A stretch of DNA of 64,000 nt from an uncultured virus (IMG/VR IMGVR_UViG_3300042516_002585) (IMGVR_UViG_3300042516_002585), one strand, 5' to 3'. Counted from the stretch's first letter, positions 19,450 through 29,685 are shown. The notes: a model not told the origin generated them from the letters alone. Program-made: numbers and translations.

Positions 19450-20264
19450 ATCAATTATTTCAAGGAGATTGTATTGAGATTATGTCCACACTTCCTGAGG
19501 GTTGTGTGGATATGGTCTTTGCTGACCTCCCTTACGGAACCACTATGAACGAGTGGGATTGTTTGATTCCATTTGATCAACTGTGGGAACAGTATCATCG
19601 TGTCGTAAAGGAAAATGGTGCAATTGTTCTCACTGCACAACCACCTTTTGATAAGGTTCTTGCCTGTTCTAACTTGAAATATTTCAAATATGAGTGGATC
19701 TGGGAAAAGAACAAGGCAACTGGGCACCTGAATGCAAAGAAGATGCCTATGAAGGCACACGAAAATGTGCTGGTGTTTTATCGTAAGTTGCCAACATACA
19801 ATCCCCAAATGACACATGGGCATAAACCCATGAATGCGGTGCTGCCGAAGGACCAGTTGCCCCCTCCCGACAGAAAACGCAATTATAACCATGTTGAGAG
19901 GCGCCTGGGCAATCCTGGTGGTTCAACGACAAGATATCCCCGTGATGTTCTGCAATTTCCTGTCATTAACAACGATGATCCGTTAAAGTTTCATCCAACA
20001 CAGAAACCTGTGCCTCTAATTGAATACTTCATCAAGACATACAGCAATGAAGGTGACATTATCCTAGATAATTGTATGGGTTCTGGATCAACTATCATTG
20101 CCTGTAAGAATACTAATCGTCAATACATCGGAATTGAGAACGATTCAGAATATTTTGAAAAAGCACGGGAGTGGGTGGGTTCCTACGATAAAATCGATCC
20201 CTTTGTGACGGATGAAGAAGTGGCACAACCCATCATGAACCCTCTGCTTTCTGCATTAAAATAA
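19446..20264 (+). CDS. N4/N6 DNA methyltransferase (beta class)
   Basis: GDC, ADLPY, HPTQKP, LDNCMGSGST, IGIE. Confidence 0.9.
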   Translation: MNQLFQGDCIEIMSTLPEGCVDMVFADLPYGTTMNEWDCLIPFDQLWEQYHRVVKENGAIVLTAQPPFDKVLACSNLKYFKYEWIWEKNKATGHLNAKKMPMKAHENVLVFYRKLPTYNPQMTHGHKPMNAVLPKDQLPPPDRKRNYNHVERRLGNPGGSTTRYPRDVLQFPVINNDDPLKFHPTQKPVPLIEYFIKTYSNEGDIILDNCMGSGSTIIACKNTNRQYIGIENDSEYFEKAREWVGSYDKIDPFVTDEEVAQPIMNPLLSALK

Positions 20265-20286
20265 ACAGGTAATCAGGAGAAATCCA

Positions 20287-20430
20287 ATGCGTTGCAAAGT
20301 TCAACTCTACGTTGCTGGTAAGGTCTTTGATGAGATCGTGGAAGCACGTGATTATCAGGATGCAAAAAGAACTGCACTCGCTCGTAATCCTAGTGCAAAA
20401 GTAATTGGAGTAACTGCGGTATTTGGATGA
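20287..20430 (+). CDS. Small hypothetical protein (47 aa)
   Basis: AGGAG SD; MRCKVQLYVAGKVFDEIVEARDYQDAKRTALARNP. Confidence 0.6.
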   Translation: MRCKVQLYVAGKVFDEIVEARDYQDAKRTALARNPSAKVIGVTAVFG

Positions 20431-20675
20431 CTGAAAAGTTTTTAAAACCTTTTATTCCCCGTCCTGGTGTTTTAGATCCTAAACCAGGAGATCCACAAGG
20501 ATATGTAACCAAGGATGGAATGTGGGCAGCAGTTCCTTTTGGAAAAAAGTTTGCCATTATACATAATGGGCAGCAAGTTCATGTTGCTAACAACTATAAA
20601 TCGGCAAGAACTTACATCTCAAAAGAGATTAAAGCAGCAAAAAATGTAACAAATACGTTAGAAAAGTTTCTATGA
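20427..20675 (+). CDS. Hypothetical protein
   Basis: ATGA-coupled ORF in a dense + strand array. Confidence 0.6.
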   Translation: MTEKFLKPFIPRPGVLDPKPGDPQGYVTKDGMWAAVPFGKKFAIIHNGQQVHVANNYKSARTYISKEIKAAKNVTNTLEKFL

Positions 20676-20908
20676 AACTCATACCAATTTTTCTACTTAC
20701 TTTATTTCCAATACCAGCACAAGCAATCACCTGGCAAGAATTTTGGGAACCATTTGTCTATGAAAGACCCTATTATAATTATAGAGAATACATTCCAATT
20801 TGTAGAGAACGCATTCTTCACGAAGAATATGTTCCTGGTAATCGGTGGAGATCTGGTTATGTTAGGAGGTGGACAGAAGTTGTAAGAGTTCCTTGTGACC
20901 CTTATTAA
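20672..20908 (+). CDS. Hypothetical secreted/membrane protein
   Basis: Signal peptide ending AQA; ATGA coupling. Confidence 0.55.
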   Translation: MKLIPIFLLTLFPIPAQAITWQEFWEPFVYERPYYNYREYIPICRERILHEEYVPGNRWRSGYVRRWTEVVRVPCDPY

Positions 20909-20931
20909 ATAGTACAACTACAACGAAAATT

Positions 20932-21111
20932 ATGGACAAAGCAGAAAAACGTCACCGTGCTCTGGGACTTTTTGTAGAGAGTGTTTTAAAACCAGATCAC
21001 GAACTTAGACAGTGTGCCCATAATCAAAAATGTTACAATGAACTCCTTGAATGGAGAGAAGAAGTGTTAGAATATCTAAACTCCCGTAGATCTCAGGAGT
21101 TTGGACAATGA
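20932..21111 (+). CDS. Hypothetical protein (59 aa)
   Basis: MDKAEKRHRALGLFVESVLKPDHELRQCAHNQKCYNELLEWRE; coupled to the next ORF. Confidence 0.55.
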   Translation: MDKAEKRHRALGLFVESVLKPDHELRQCAHNQKCYNELLEWREEVLEYLNSRRSQEFGQ

Positions 21112-21341
21112 CTTCTTATTACATATGGATATTATTTTTTGCAGTGGTCGCTTATCTGATTGCAACAGATAATAGCGTTGCCGCTGCTTTTTATTATGTT
21201 TCTAAGTTAGCAAAATCTAACTTTGAGAAGCAAAAGTGGTGGTTATTGAATAATCCACGCAATCCCGTGGTAAAATATTTAATGTGGCGTCGTTCTATGA
21301 AACTTGCAAAAGAGTTGATGAACGAATACGAAAATAAATAA
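21108..21341 (+). CDS. Hypothetical membrane protein
   Basis: N-terminal hydrophobic helix. Confidence 0.55.
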   Translation: MTSYYIWILFFAVVAYLIATDNSVAAAFYYVSKLAKSNFEKQKWWLLNNPRNPVVKYLMWRRSMKLAKELMNEYENK

Positions 21342-21360
21342 CACATACTTGGAGTAGGTT

Positions 21361-21681
21361 ATGTTATCAACCCAGTATCGTCTTCGTTTAGAGGCAATCT
21401 GTGAAAGGATCGTGCTTCACGAAGAGGTAAGTTTAGAAGATATGATTTGGGCAGAGAAGCTTGCAAAAGCAAATAGAACTGCTGCTACAATATTACGCCA
21501 AGCAAGGAGAAAATCGGAGAATCCTGATATGCAGGATGGTGATCTTGATGATTTTATGAATCAACTTGATCTTGGTGGATTTGGTAATGAACGCTTTGGT
21601 AAGCGTGGATTTGATAGTGTTGATGATATGATTGACTGGTGGACTGAGGATCGCCCAGACGATTGGAGGACTCGGGATTGA
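21361..21681 (+). CDS. Hypothetical protein
   Basis: 106-aa ORF with GGAG upstream. Confidence 0.65.
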   Translation: MLSTQYRLRLEAICERIVLHEEVSLEDMIWAEKLAKANRTAATILRQARRKSENPDMQDGDLDDFMNQLDLGGFGNERFGKRGFDSVDDMIDWWTEDRPDDWRTRD

Positions 21682-21918
21682 CATACAACGAGTTTGTAAA
21701 CAAGGGCACTGAATTCTACATGGAAATGGTGCGTCTTGTTGATGTTAAACTCAAATATCGTATGGAATTCACGGAAGAAGAAAAAGAAATAAAAGATCAT
21801 ATTATGGAGTTTCAGCATCAGGTTAAGTTAAATGAGTTAAGAGACAAGTTTGAGAAGTGCCTGGATATTGACAACACTTGACAAATCCCCTATAATACCT
21901 TTACGTAAACCTTTCATC

Positions 21919-22122
21919 ATGAACTACAAACCATACTCAATGGAATGGAGTAGACGGCGATATCTTGCCGAAGCAATCCAACAGTATTTTGACACTGACG
22001 CATCTTTGGATGTGGTTTTGGATGATATTGTAAGTGTATTAGAAGAAAATGTAGAGAATCATAAGAGTCGTGCCGAACGCTTTCAGGAAGTTCTGAATGG
22101 TTTGAAATCTCTTCCTTACTGA
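21919..22122 (+). CDS. Hypothetical protein
   Basis: ATG downstream of a TTGACA...TATAAT promoter near 21870-21896. Confidence 0.55.
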   Translation: MNYKPYSMEWSRRRYLAEAIQQYFDTDASLDVVLDDIVSVLEENVENHKSRAERFQEVLNGLKSLPY

Positions 22123-22123
22123 T

Positions 22124-22309
22124 ATGAAACCCAACTTTCGTAAAGTATTAGAAATGGCACTGGAAGAAGGTGTCCGTTATGGGTATAATCGTGCTCATAA
22201 ACACGTAGAGAATCCACACGAAGATGCTGTTGTTGATTGTGTGGTTGAGGGTGCTATGAATTCTATATACGAATGGTTTGACTTTGAGGATGAGTTTAAA
22301 GATGTCTGA
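22124..22309 (+). CDS. Hypothetical protein
   Basis: Tiled ORF. Confidence 0.55.
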   Translation: MKPNFRKVLEMALEEGVRYGYNRAHKHVENPHEDAVVDCVVEGAMNSIYEWFDFEDEFKDV

Positions 22310-22496
22310 TAGAGCGCAAGAGTTTATGAATGCGGTATGGCAGCGTAGAAACGAAGGTGCTGATACTGAGGAAAAATTGGTTGCTGCAATCCTTTCTCTT
22401 GCAGCAGAAGCAGTGAAATATTACAATGCTCAAAACGATATGATAGTCTTGGATAAGATTGATCTGCTACAACTTGCAGAGGAACTTACGCAATGA
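22302..22496 (+). CDS. Hypothetical protein
   Basis: Tiled ORF. Confidence 0.5.
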   Translation: MSDRAQEFMNAVWQRRNEGADTEEKLVAAILSLAAEAVKYYNAQNDMIVLDKIDLLQLAEELTQ

Positions 22497-22792
22497 ATTT
22501 AATTAAATTTAATAAACGCAAATTTTTGATTAAGTACAATCATCGTGAAGATTTTGGTCACGAATGGTATGTTCAGATTTTCAATATCAAGCGTTGGAGT
22601 TTGCTTCAAGCATCTGTAAGTTGGAATGATTATCCATCTTGGCCTTATCTACAAATCAAGTCTGGATCTGGTGATGTTTTGAGTATTCTATTTTGGGCAT
22701 ATAAGTTTGGATTTGATATTGATTTTATCTCTCGCACTTGGAACTGGGATCATTTGGAGGAACTAGATGAAGACGAAACTGAACTGGTTTGA
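22493..22792 (+). CDS. Hypothetical protein
   Basis: ATGA-coupled ORF; resembles 24664..24924. Confidence 0.55.
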   Translation: MNLIKFNKRKFLIKYNHREDFGHEWYVQIFNIKRWSLLQASVSWNDYPSWPYLQIKSGSGDVLSILFWAYKFGFDIDFISRTWNWDHLEELDEDETELV

Positions 22793-23114
22793 ATATTACT
22801 TTGGTCATTGTTTCCAGACTGGTTGGAGAGAAATCTGGAATAACTTTAAGATGTGGAGAGATCTTATCAGTGGTAACTACGCTGATTATGCTCTACTGAG
22901 TAGTGATGATCCGTATGAAGAATGTTATCAGTGGTTCTGGTGCAGCATCAATATGGATGAAACATATCCAAAAGAATTTCTAGAATATCTGATGGAAATG
23001 TGTGACAGAATTGATCGGGGTGAAGAGAAATTGATTCCATTAGATGAAGATTTCTTTGATAGAATAAAAGAACTTACTGATGGTGTGGAGTTAAATGATG
23101 AAGACTTTACCTGA
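22767..23114 (+). CDS. Hypothetical protein
   Basis: GGAGG SD; acidic and Trp-rich. Confidence 0.55.
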   Translation: MKTKLNWFEYYFGHCFQTGWREIWNNFKMWRDLISGNYADYALLSSDDPYEECYQWFWCSINMDETYPKEFLEYLMEMCDRIDRGEEKLIPLDEDFFDRIKELTDGVELNDEDFT

Positions 23115-23468
23115 TAAGAAAGCACTGGATATTATGTGGACGGTGGCGACCTCGACCAGTATCGAAACTGGCACAAGACCCCACTACGGATTCGCCAAGA
23201 TGCTGTATGATTACCTCATAGACAACAACCCCTATGGACTTTCCATCCCCTATGACTCTCAAAGAGAAGAAGGCACTACTCAAACGACTTGAACAGACAG
23301 GTACAACCTGTATGGATTGTGGACACAAGTATGGTGTCTATTCAGTCGGTTGTTCATCTGTCTGGAATGGTAAGTGTGGTGTTTGTGGCGAAGACAAACG
23401 TGTAACTGAAAGTCGTGACTTTGCTTATTTTATCACTGGTATTCGCAAACTGAAACTGGAAATTCAAA

Positions 23469-23684
23469 ATGAGAAAAGTAATCGTCAAACCCAAAAGCAG
23501 CAAGGCAAAGAACCGCCTTGCTAATACAATGGAAGGTAATCCTGTCTGTATTGTAGAACAGGACACTGGTGGTGAGTTGTTCTTAGCATCAGAAAATCGT
23601 AAATACTTTTTCTGGGTTAGCACTCGTACTGGTACTAACCGTTTTGGTGACAAATCTGACGCACATTGGGAGGTTATTGAATGA
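23469..23684 (+). CDS. Hypothetical protein
   Basis: Tiled ORF, coupled to the next. Confidence 0.55.
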   Translation: MRKVIVKPKSSKAKNRLANTMEGNPVCIVEQDTGGELFLASENRKYFFWVSTRTGTNRFGDKSDAHWEVIE

Positions 23685-23953
23685 GTTTTTCTAAGACTGT
23701 TTCTGTTGTTGCCGCACTTGCAAGTATTTTTAGTGTTGGTGTGGCAAGTTGGAAAATGTCTGAAGAGATTAAAAAAGAACAAACTAATCCTCTTGAAGAA
23801 AAAATTCAACAACTTGAAAAGCAACTTGAAGAAGCAACAACACAAAAACCAGTTCAGCAAGTGGCACCACCTCCACAAATAACTGCACCACAACCTGTTA
23901 TACTACCACCAGTAACACCACCTCCCCCTGTTCCTGAAAATGACACTCCTTGA
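23681..23953 (+). CDS. Hypothetical membrane-anchored coiled-coil, Pro-rich protein
   Basis: N-terminal transmembrane helix, coiled coil, Pro-rich tail. Confidence 0.55.
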   Translation: MSFSKTVSVVAALASIFSVGVASWKMSEEIKKEQTNPLEEKIQQLEKQLEEATTQKPVQQVAPPPQITAPQPVILPPVTPPPPVPENDTP

Positions 23954-24167
23954 TACTCTAGAATACTTCATTGATGATACCAGAGCACGACTTTCTGATA
24001 TTGAGTGGGAAATCCGTGAAGAAACTAACTATGATGATGAAGGACATCAAGAACGAATGGATCAATTCTGTGAAGAATATGATGAGATTGAAGCACGATT
24101 AGAAGATTTACAAAAGATTAAATCTATCATTGAAATTATGGAGATTGAAGACAATGAGATTTCGTAA
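23940..24167 (+). CDS. Hypothetical acidic protein
   Basis: Tiled ORF. Confidence 0.55.
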   Translation: MTLLDTLEYFIDDTRARLSDIEWEIREETNYDDEGHQERMDQFCEEYDEIEARLEDLQKIKSIIEIMEIEDNEIS

Positions 24168-24414
24168 CATTGAGTTCCGTTGGAGCAAATGCAACAACAA
24201 ATATGAACTCGTCAAGTGGAATCAACGCAATGGTTCCGCAGAAGAGACTTGTTATGTGATTGCTTTCTTTGATAAAGGTTCAGAGTGTTATGATATGAGA
24301 ACTATTGGAGACCGATTTTTTGAGGATAAAGATGCCTGGGTCGTAGGTAAGTATGGTTTGGAGTTTCTAAATGAAATCTTTGAGATTGAAAGGATTGAAG
24401 AGGAACTGAAATAG
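24154..24414 (+). CDS. Hypothetical protein
   Basis: Tiled ORF. Confidence 0.55.
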   Translation: MRFRNIEFRWSKCNNKYELVKWNQRNGSAEETCYVIAFFDKGSECYDMRTIGDRFFEDKDAWVVGKYGLEFLNEIFEIERIEEELK

Positions 24415-24490
24415 ACACTTGAAGAACTGGCACAGGGCAGCTCCACAGGTGCCCTTTTTGGTTTATAATGACTTCATACACAACAACCCG

Positions 24491-24667
24491 ATGAACTACC
24501 TCTGCCTTGTTGATGGTGTCGTAGAATACGGCAGCACAGACCTCAACCAATTCAATCATTATCGTATGGTATATTACGAAGACCACAAAGATGCTGAAAA
24601 TGTAGAGTATCTTGTGCTGACTGATGAAGCATACAACGAAATGTTCCCTGTGGAGGATGAAGAATGA
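24491..24667 (+). CDS. Hypothetical protein
   Basis: ATG downstream of a palindrome-plus-TATAAT promoter (24412-24469). Confidence 0.55.
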   Translation: MNYLCLVDGVVEYGSTDLNQFNHYRMVYYEDHKDAENVEYLVLTDEAYNEMFPVEDEE

Positions 24668-24924
24668 AACTCTTTCAATACGATAAAAAAGTTTGGGAAA
24701 ATGATGAAACTGACCGTACTTGGCAGTTTGGTATCATCAACAATCGTTCATTACTTTGGGTGAATTATGAAAATCCTAGTAGTTTAGTCCATAGTAATGG
24801 TGGATTTCACATCCTTCTCTCATTTTTTACTTCTTCTTCTTTGTTTGGAGTAGATTTTCAAGTTGGTAAAGTTGGTTTGAGTCTCAATTTTTTCACAGAA
24901 TACTTTGATGGGTGGGAAGAATGA
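24664..24924 (+). CDS. Hypothetical protein
   Basis: ATGA-coupled ORF. Confidence 0.5.
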   Translation: MKLFQYDKKVWENDETDRTWQFGIINNRSLLWVNYENPSSLVHSNGGFHILLSFFTSSSLFGVDFQVGKVGLSLNFFTEYFDGWEE

Positions 24925-25136
24925 CTAACGAACAAATCCTTGAACTTGTGAGATTTCACTTTCAAGAGGGTGGATTGAGAGACGATGGTAGTTGTTCTGA
25001 ATATTTCGGAACTCCCGAAGATTTTATTGAGTTTGCCCAAGCAATCTACGAAATGGGTAGTGAAAATGGTTGGGAAAGTCACCAAGAAAGTGTATCCCTG
25101 AACTCCTCTTATCCTACTGATTATAACTATGACTGA
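24921..25136 (+). CDS. Hypothetical protein
   Basis: ATGA-coupled ORF. Confidence 0.5.
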   Translation: MTNEQILELVRFHFQEGGLRDDGSCSEYFGTPEDFIEFAQAIYEMGSENGWESHQESVSLNSSYPTDYNYD

Positions 25137-25341
25137 CGCAGCATACAAAGTTTGGGAAGCATTCAAAGCAGAATTGATTGTTGAACCCACAGATGATATG
25201 AAAGAAGCACTTGCTACTGCTATTCGTGAGATTGCTAATCAATATCAATACTATCAGTGTTGTAAAGATGAAGGTGTAGAAGATATGGTAGTTGATGCTC
25301 AAAAACTTTATGAACTTTCTTATGATGTGGAGGCACTATGA
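25129..25341 (+). CDS. Hypothetical protein
   Basis: Tiled ORF. Confidence 0.5.
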   Translation: MTDAAYKVWEAFKAELIVEPTDDMKEALATAIREIANQYQYYQCCKDEGVEDMVVDAQKLYELSYDVEAL

Positions 25342-25523
25342 CTGAACGAGCAAAATTCAAAACTATCACACGAGTGATTGACCCAAAGACACGCATTCAT
25401 TATCTTGATGCTGTTGATGAGAATGGATACCATTGGACTGCCGAAATGTCTCCACACGAAGAGAGATGGTTGTGTTATACTGATATCTGGAAAAAAGACC
25501 CCCAACAACCTTATGACTCTTGA
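25338..25523 (+). CDS. Hypothetical protein
   Basis: ATGA-coupled, GGAGG SD. Confidence 0.5.
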   Translation: MTERAKFKTITRVIDPKTRIHYLDAVDENGYHWTAEMSPHEERWLCYTDIWKKDPQQPYDS

Positions 25524-25779
25524 AGAAATCCTAGAAGAATACGGACAGGAAGTATTAGACACATACTACGAACTGTTCCCAGATAAGAATGTATCAAAGT
25601 TTGGTGATAGGTGTTGTGGATTTGTTGGTGAGTATCGGGATTTTGTGTTAGACTGTTATCATTCAACTGGTAGTGATGAACTGGAAACACTTGAAGACTT
25701 TATGAATGGTGTATTCCAAGAGTATTATTACTACTGTGAAAAAACAGCAACAGGATTTGTATTTTATAATGAACGATGA
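25513..25779 (+). CDS. Hypothetical acidic protein
   Basis: Tiled ORF, coupled to the next. Confidence 0.5.
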   Translation: MTLEEILEEYGQEVLDTYYELFPDKNVSKFGDRCCGFVGEYRDFVLDCYHSTGSDELETLEDFMNGVFQEYYYYCEKTATGFVFYNER

Positions 25780-26384
25780 TTAAACATCCTGCGAATGATT
25801 GGGAATGGGAAGAGACTGCTGAGGTTGCATTTCAGGAGTGGTTCAATGAACTCTATGGACCTTATTCTCATCGTTGTGAATGGTTCTATGGAGATTGTGA
25901 AGAATCTGATGAGAAACAACGAAAGGAAATCTTGATCAAGTGGTTGCACTCTGCCTTCTTGACGGGTTATAATACTGGGAGATGCTCTACCACAATGACT
26001 GAATATCAACCAACTCCACAAACACCAGAACAAGTTGCAGAAGGACTTCGTGATGCGATGAAACAAGCAAAGAAAGATGGTGTCTTTGATGTGGTTGATG
26101 AACCAGATTATTATGATGAAGTAGAGTGGGATGAGAAGGATAATCCAAAACCTATGGATGAGGTTGTGAATAGGTTGGTGAAAAAATACGAAGCACAAAA
26201 ACTTTTTAATAGATTGGTAGATGAACTTGGTTATGATTTTGATGCTTGTAATGATGTTGTAGATTTGGTAGAAGATTGGTTGCCGAAAGAACAATCAGCA
26301 GCAGGAAGTCAGAATGTAAATACTGAATTACTTGTAGATGGATTTAATCATTGTCTTGAAAAAATTAAAGGGATGCTACGATGA
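25776..26384 (+). CDS. Hypothetical acidic protein
   Basis: 202-aa ORF, ATGA coupling at both ends. Confidence 0.55.
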   Translation: MIKHPANDWEWEETAEVAFQEWFNELYGPYSHRCEWFYGDCEESDEKQRKEILIKWLHSAFLTGYNTGRCSTTMTEYQPTPQTPEQVAEGLRDAMKQAKKDGVFDVVDEPDYYDEVEWDEKDNPKPMDEVVNRLVKKYEAQKLFNRLVDELGYDFDACNDVVDLVEDWLPKEQSAAGSQNVNTELLVDGFNHCLEKIKGMLR

Positions 26385-26563
26385 CTGAACGAAACTTCAA
26401 GAAAGAACTTCTGTATTCTTCCTATATTGATATGGAATATGGGAGGGATACGGAGACGATTGATTATGATGCTTTGATTGGTATTATCACCGAGTTGTGT
26501 GATAGAATAGAACAATTGGAGAAGGACAATGAACTTCTAAAATCTTATGCTTGGGAACAATGA
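26381..26563 (+). CDS. Hypothetical protein
   Basis: Tiled ORF. Confidence 0.5.
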   Translation: MTERNFKKELLYSSYIDMEYGRDTETIDYDALIGIITELCDRIEQLEKDNELLKSYAWEQ

Positions 26564-26733
26564 AGATTGAAATCACTTATACTCCACATCCAACCAAAGG
26601 ATATACTGCAACAATTTGGGATGGTCCTGATGGAATTGATGAAGATAGTTTTGTCTGTCGTTCTCTTGGAGAATGTTTTGAACAGATTGTAATGTGGAGA
26701 ACACTTAACGCACAACAGTATAAAGATGAATGA
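26560..26733 (+). CDS. Hypothetical protein
   Basis: ATGA-coupled ORF. Confidence 0.5.
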   Translation: MKIEITYTPHPTKGYTATIWDGPDGIDEDSFVCRSLGECFEQIVMWRTLNAQQYKDE

Positions 26734-27193
26734 AGATATGCCGTGGGTTAATCTCACACAAGAAGAAGTAGAAGAACTCCGCAACAAAAAACACGAACTC
26801 ACTGAATACGGCAAACAGAGGTTAAAGGAACTTATGAGAAACCAAGAACCGTATCCCGACGAAATGTTTGAGGAAGCTGAAAGAAGAGAAGCAGCAAACA
26901 GAGAACTTGCAAAACAAGAATGGGAACGCAAAGAACGCAGTGATACTGTGCTGAGACGATATAATCACTTCTATAATGAAGAATGTTCTGGTATGCCTCA
27001 TGGGACACCAATCACACCAGAACATATGCAGGCAATGGCACTGGACTGTGCTGTTGATGCTCTTATGTGCGAAAACCTGAATGTAGAGTATAATGTGATT
27101 GCAATTGATGATATTAAGGATTTGATTGCACGATTGTATCAACAGAGTGATGAGTTTCTTGCAAGAGTGAGGAAGAATAATGAAACTCTGTAA
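26726..27193 (+). CDS. Hypothetical protein
   Basis: 155-aa tiled ORF. Confidence 0.55.
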   Translation: MNEDMPWVNLTQEEVEELRNKKHELTEYGKQRLKELMRNQEPYPDEMFEEAERREAANRELAKQEWERKERSDTVLRRYNHFYNEECSGMPHGTPITPEHMQAMALDCAVDALMCENLNVEYNVIAIDDIKDLIARLYQQSDEFLARVRKNNETL

Positions 27194-27395
27194 GGACTGT
27201 AAATGGTATCGTAAATCCTGGTTTGAACATATCTTTTTTAGGGACAATAGGTTTGATATGTGTGCCTCTCCAAATACTACTGATGACCTTGTAACTGGTC
27301 GTAAGCAACGATTTTGTGATATGTTGAGGTCAACCAGATGGGAGTTTCTTGATTATGCTTGTGGACCTGATGGTAAGTTCTGGGAGGCAAAATGA
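27180..27395 (+). CDS. Hypothetical Cys-rich protein
   Basis: CKDC...C...C...CG.DGKFWE pattern; GAGG SD. Confidence 0.55.
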   Translation: MKLCKDCKWYRKSWFEHIFFRDNRFDMCASPNTTDDLVTGRKQRFCDMLRSTRWEFLDYACGPDGKFWEAK

Positions 27396-27577
27396 GTAGA
27401 TTTACTGAAAACCCAGACGAAATTGTACTGAAAGGTGTGGATTTGTTTCATCTGGAAAGTATGAACGAACGGAGTCTGTGGGTGGGGATTTACACACAAA
27501 ACGGCAAGACTTACCACTTGAATATTCACGCAGATGGTGATAAACTTAAATACTATTGGAGTAACGAAACAATCTAA
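27392..27577 (+). CDS. Hypothetical protein
   Basis: ATGA-coupled, GGAGG SD. Confidence 0.5.
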   Translation: MSRFTENPDEIVLKGVDLFHLESMNERSLWVGIYTQNGKTYHLNIHADGDKLKYYWSNETI

Positions 27578-27763
27578 AACTCAAAGGGAGAACACTAAAA
27601 TGAAACTTTGCAATCTTATCTTTTTCTCACTTATTGGTGTTTGTGTTGCTGGTATGGTGTATGCTAATACTACTTCAGAAAAGACATCACAACACACATC
27701 TACCGTTTCTGGAACATCTGGCGATTTGAATTGTTCTGGATCATCCTGTGTTGTAAAAGAAAA

Positions 27764-28111
27764 ATGAGATTTGAAGAACCAACAAAATGGGAAATCTTTC
27801 TTGATGGTTTCCACAACATCCTGTATATTCTTGACTGTTATAATGACGGTGATGAATGGGGATATGGTGAGTTCTGGGAGAGTTTGAGTATTGGTTGGTT
27901 TCAAGAATACATCTATCCTTATGATGACCCCTACAATATAACTATCAGTCCAGAACGCAGGTTGCGATTGTCAGAAGAACCAGAAAGGATTATTGTATCC
28001 GCAGAAGCATATGATGAACTTGTGCGACGAATCAATGAACCACCAGATCCTGCTGTGGTGGAAAGAATTAAAGAACTTATGAACCGCAAAGCACCTTGGG
28101 ATAATGAATGA
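27764..28111 (+). CDS. Hypothetical protein with DUF1778/TacA-like C-terminus
   Basis: C-terminal IIVSAEAYDELVRRINEPPDPAVVERIKELMNRKAPWD. Confidence 0.5.
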   Translation: MRFEEPTKWEIFLDGFHNILYILDCYNDGDEWGYGEFWESLSIGWFQEYIYPYDDPYNITISPERRLRLSEEPERIIVSAEAYDELVRRINEPPDPAVVERIKELMNRKAPWDNE

Positions 28112-28276
28112 AAAATCTAAAATCTTTTACAATATTTGGTGTTGTGCTTATCAACGCAGGGGATTGTATCGTGGCACACCTCGAGAGCAGAGAGAGCATG
28201 ATACAATATTGATGTGCTTAAACATGAAAGATGTTAAGTTCTATCAATTTGATACTGACAAACCTCATTATTTGAA

Positions 28277-28477
28277 ATGAAAACCTTTAAACAAACCTGT
28301 GATAAACCTTATGATCGCCACGATTATAAGTTAATTTGTGAAGATGGTAGAGAATTTATTTTTGATAACTATGAAGACATTCAGGTGTCTTGGTTCCAGT
28401 GTGGTGGAAGATTTTTGAGTCACGTTGAAGTTTTGGATAAAGTTATTGAAAAGAAAAAGAGTAAAGGATTCAAGTGA
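28277..28477 (+). CDS. Hypothetical protein
   Basis: Tiled ORF. Confidence 0.5.
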   Translation: MKTFKQTCDKPYDRHDYKLICEDGREFIFDNYEDIQVSWFQCGGRFLSHVEVLDKVIEKKKSKGFK

Positions 28478-29106
28478 TGGTATCAATTTTTAATTTATTT
28501 CATGATGAAAGAAAATATGGGTGGGTCGTAGATAAACACTACGATTGGATTAATATGCTTTCAAAAATGCAAAAAAACAATCCACAAAGATTTGAAGAGT
28601 TTAAATACTCGCAGGAAACAATTTATCATTACTTAGATAGAATCCAACAAGAACAAAACCTTTACGACTAATGAACTTTACACAAGAACAGTATAAACTG
28701 ATCTTCAATTCTGTACGTAGATGGCAGATTGAAAAAACACTCCTGAATAGTAAAGAATATCAGCAGTGCAACGAGGTACTTGACGAACTCTTCAAATACG
28801 TTTATACTCAGAACGTAGAGCAACCAACCTAATGGCAACTAACGAAGAAGAATTTCCGTTTGATCAATTCCCCTGGAAACTGATTCACAAAGATGGAAAA
28901 GAAACACGTAAGTGTTACTTTCAAACAGAAGAGCATCGTAAAAAGCACATTGAACGCTACAATCTTAAAAAGAAAGACATTCAACTGAGTTATAAGTATG
29001 ACTGAACGCACATTTGTCGATAAAAATGGAAATTCCTGGTTTTGGGAAGAAACTCCTGAAACCATTGAAGCACTGAAACAACTTCACGAAACTGTAAAGC
29101 AAGTAA

Positions 29107-29319
29107 ATGACCGAAAAGAAACTAATTGATGACTGCTTTTACGTTAATCAAAAAAAGTATGGACTCTGGGACTCAACTGATCTTGAAGGCAATGGACTTA
29201 TCACGTCTCTCACTGAAGAGCAATGTATATCAGCAACCCGTTTTTATCTTAAGGGACGGCAAGAGGGTTTCCCTGAACCCGAAAAAGTTCATGAAGGTAC
29301 AGTAGGTGGAAAACTCTGA
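29107..29319 (+). CDS. Hypothetical protein
   Basis: Tiled ORF ending GTVGGKL. Confidence 0.55.
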   Translation: MTEKKLIDDCFYVNQKKYGLWDSTDLEGNGLITSLTEEQCISATRFYLKGRQEGFPEPEKVHEGTVGGKL

Positions 29320-29466
29320 TTATCCATATCACGTATTAGATCCAACCACTCCTTGGTATGAGTGGTTGTGTTATTGTGAAATCTGTCATCAGTTAGATAT
29401 TAAAGGGCAACCAAACTGGAATCGTTTTATGCGATATAGAAATTATTTGAAAGAGGTTGGGGTATT

Positions 29467-29685
29467 GTGATAAAAATTTTAAATTGGTTATTTTCTCCAA
29501 CAGAAAAAACAATAGTAGAAGATCACATAGATCTTTACGCCAAACTCATTGAATTAGAAAATCGCATTGAACTTTTAGAAGCAGAAAATGTAGAAACCAC
29601 TAATGAACTCTATCGTCTTGAAAATTCTCTTGATGCTCGTATAGATATTCTTGCCGAGCATTGTAGAATTAATTACGATGTATGA
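29467..29685 (+). CDS. Hypothetical coiled-coil protein
   Basis: GTG start with GAGG upstream; heptad pattern. Confidence 0.5.
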   Translation: MIKILNWLFSPTEKTIVEDHIDLYAKLIELENRIELLEAENVETTNELYRLENSLDARIDILAEHCRINYDV

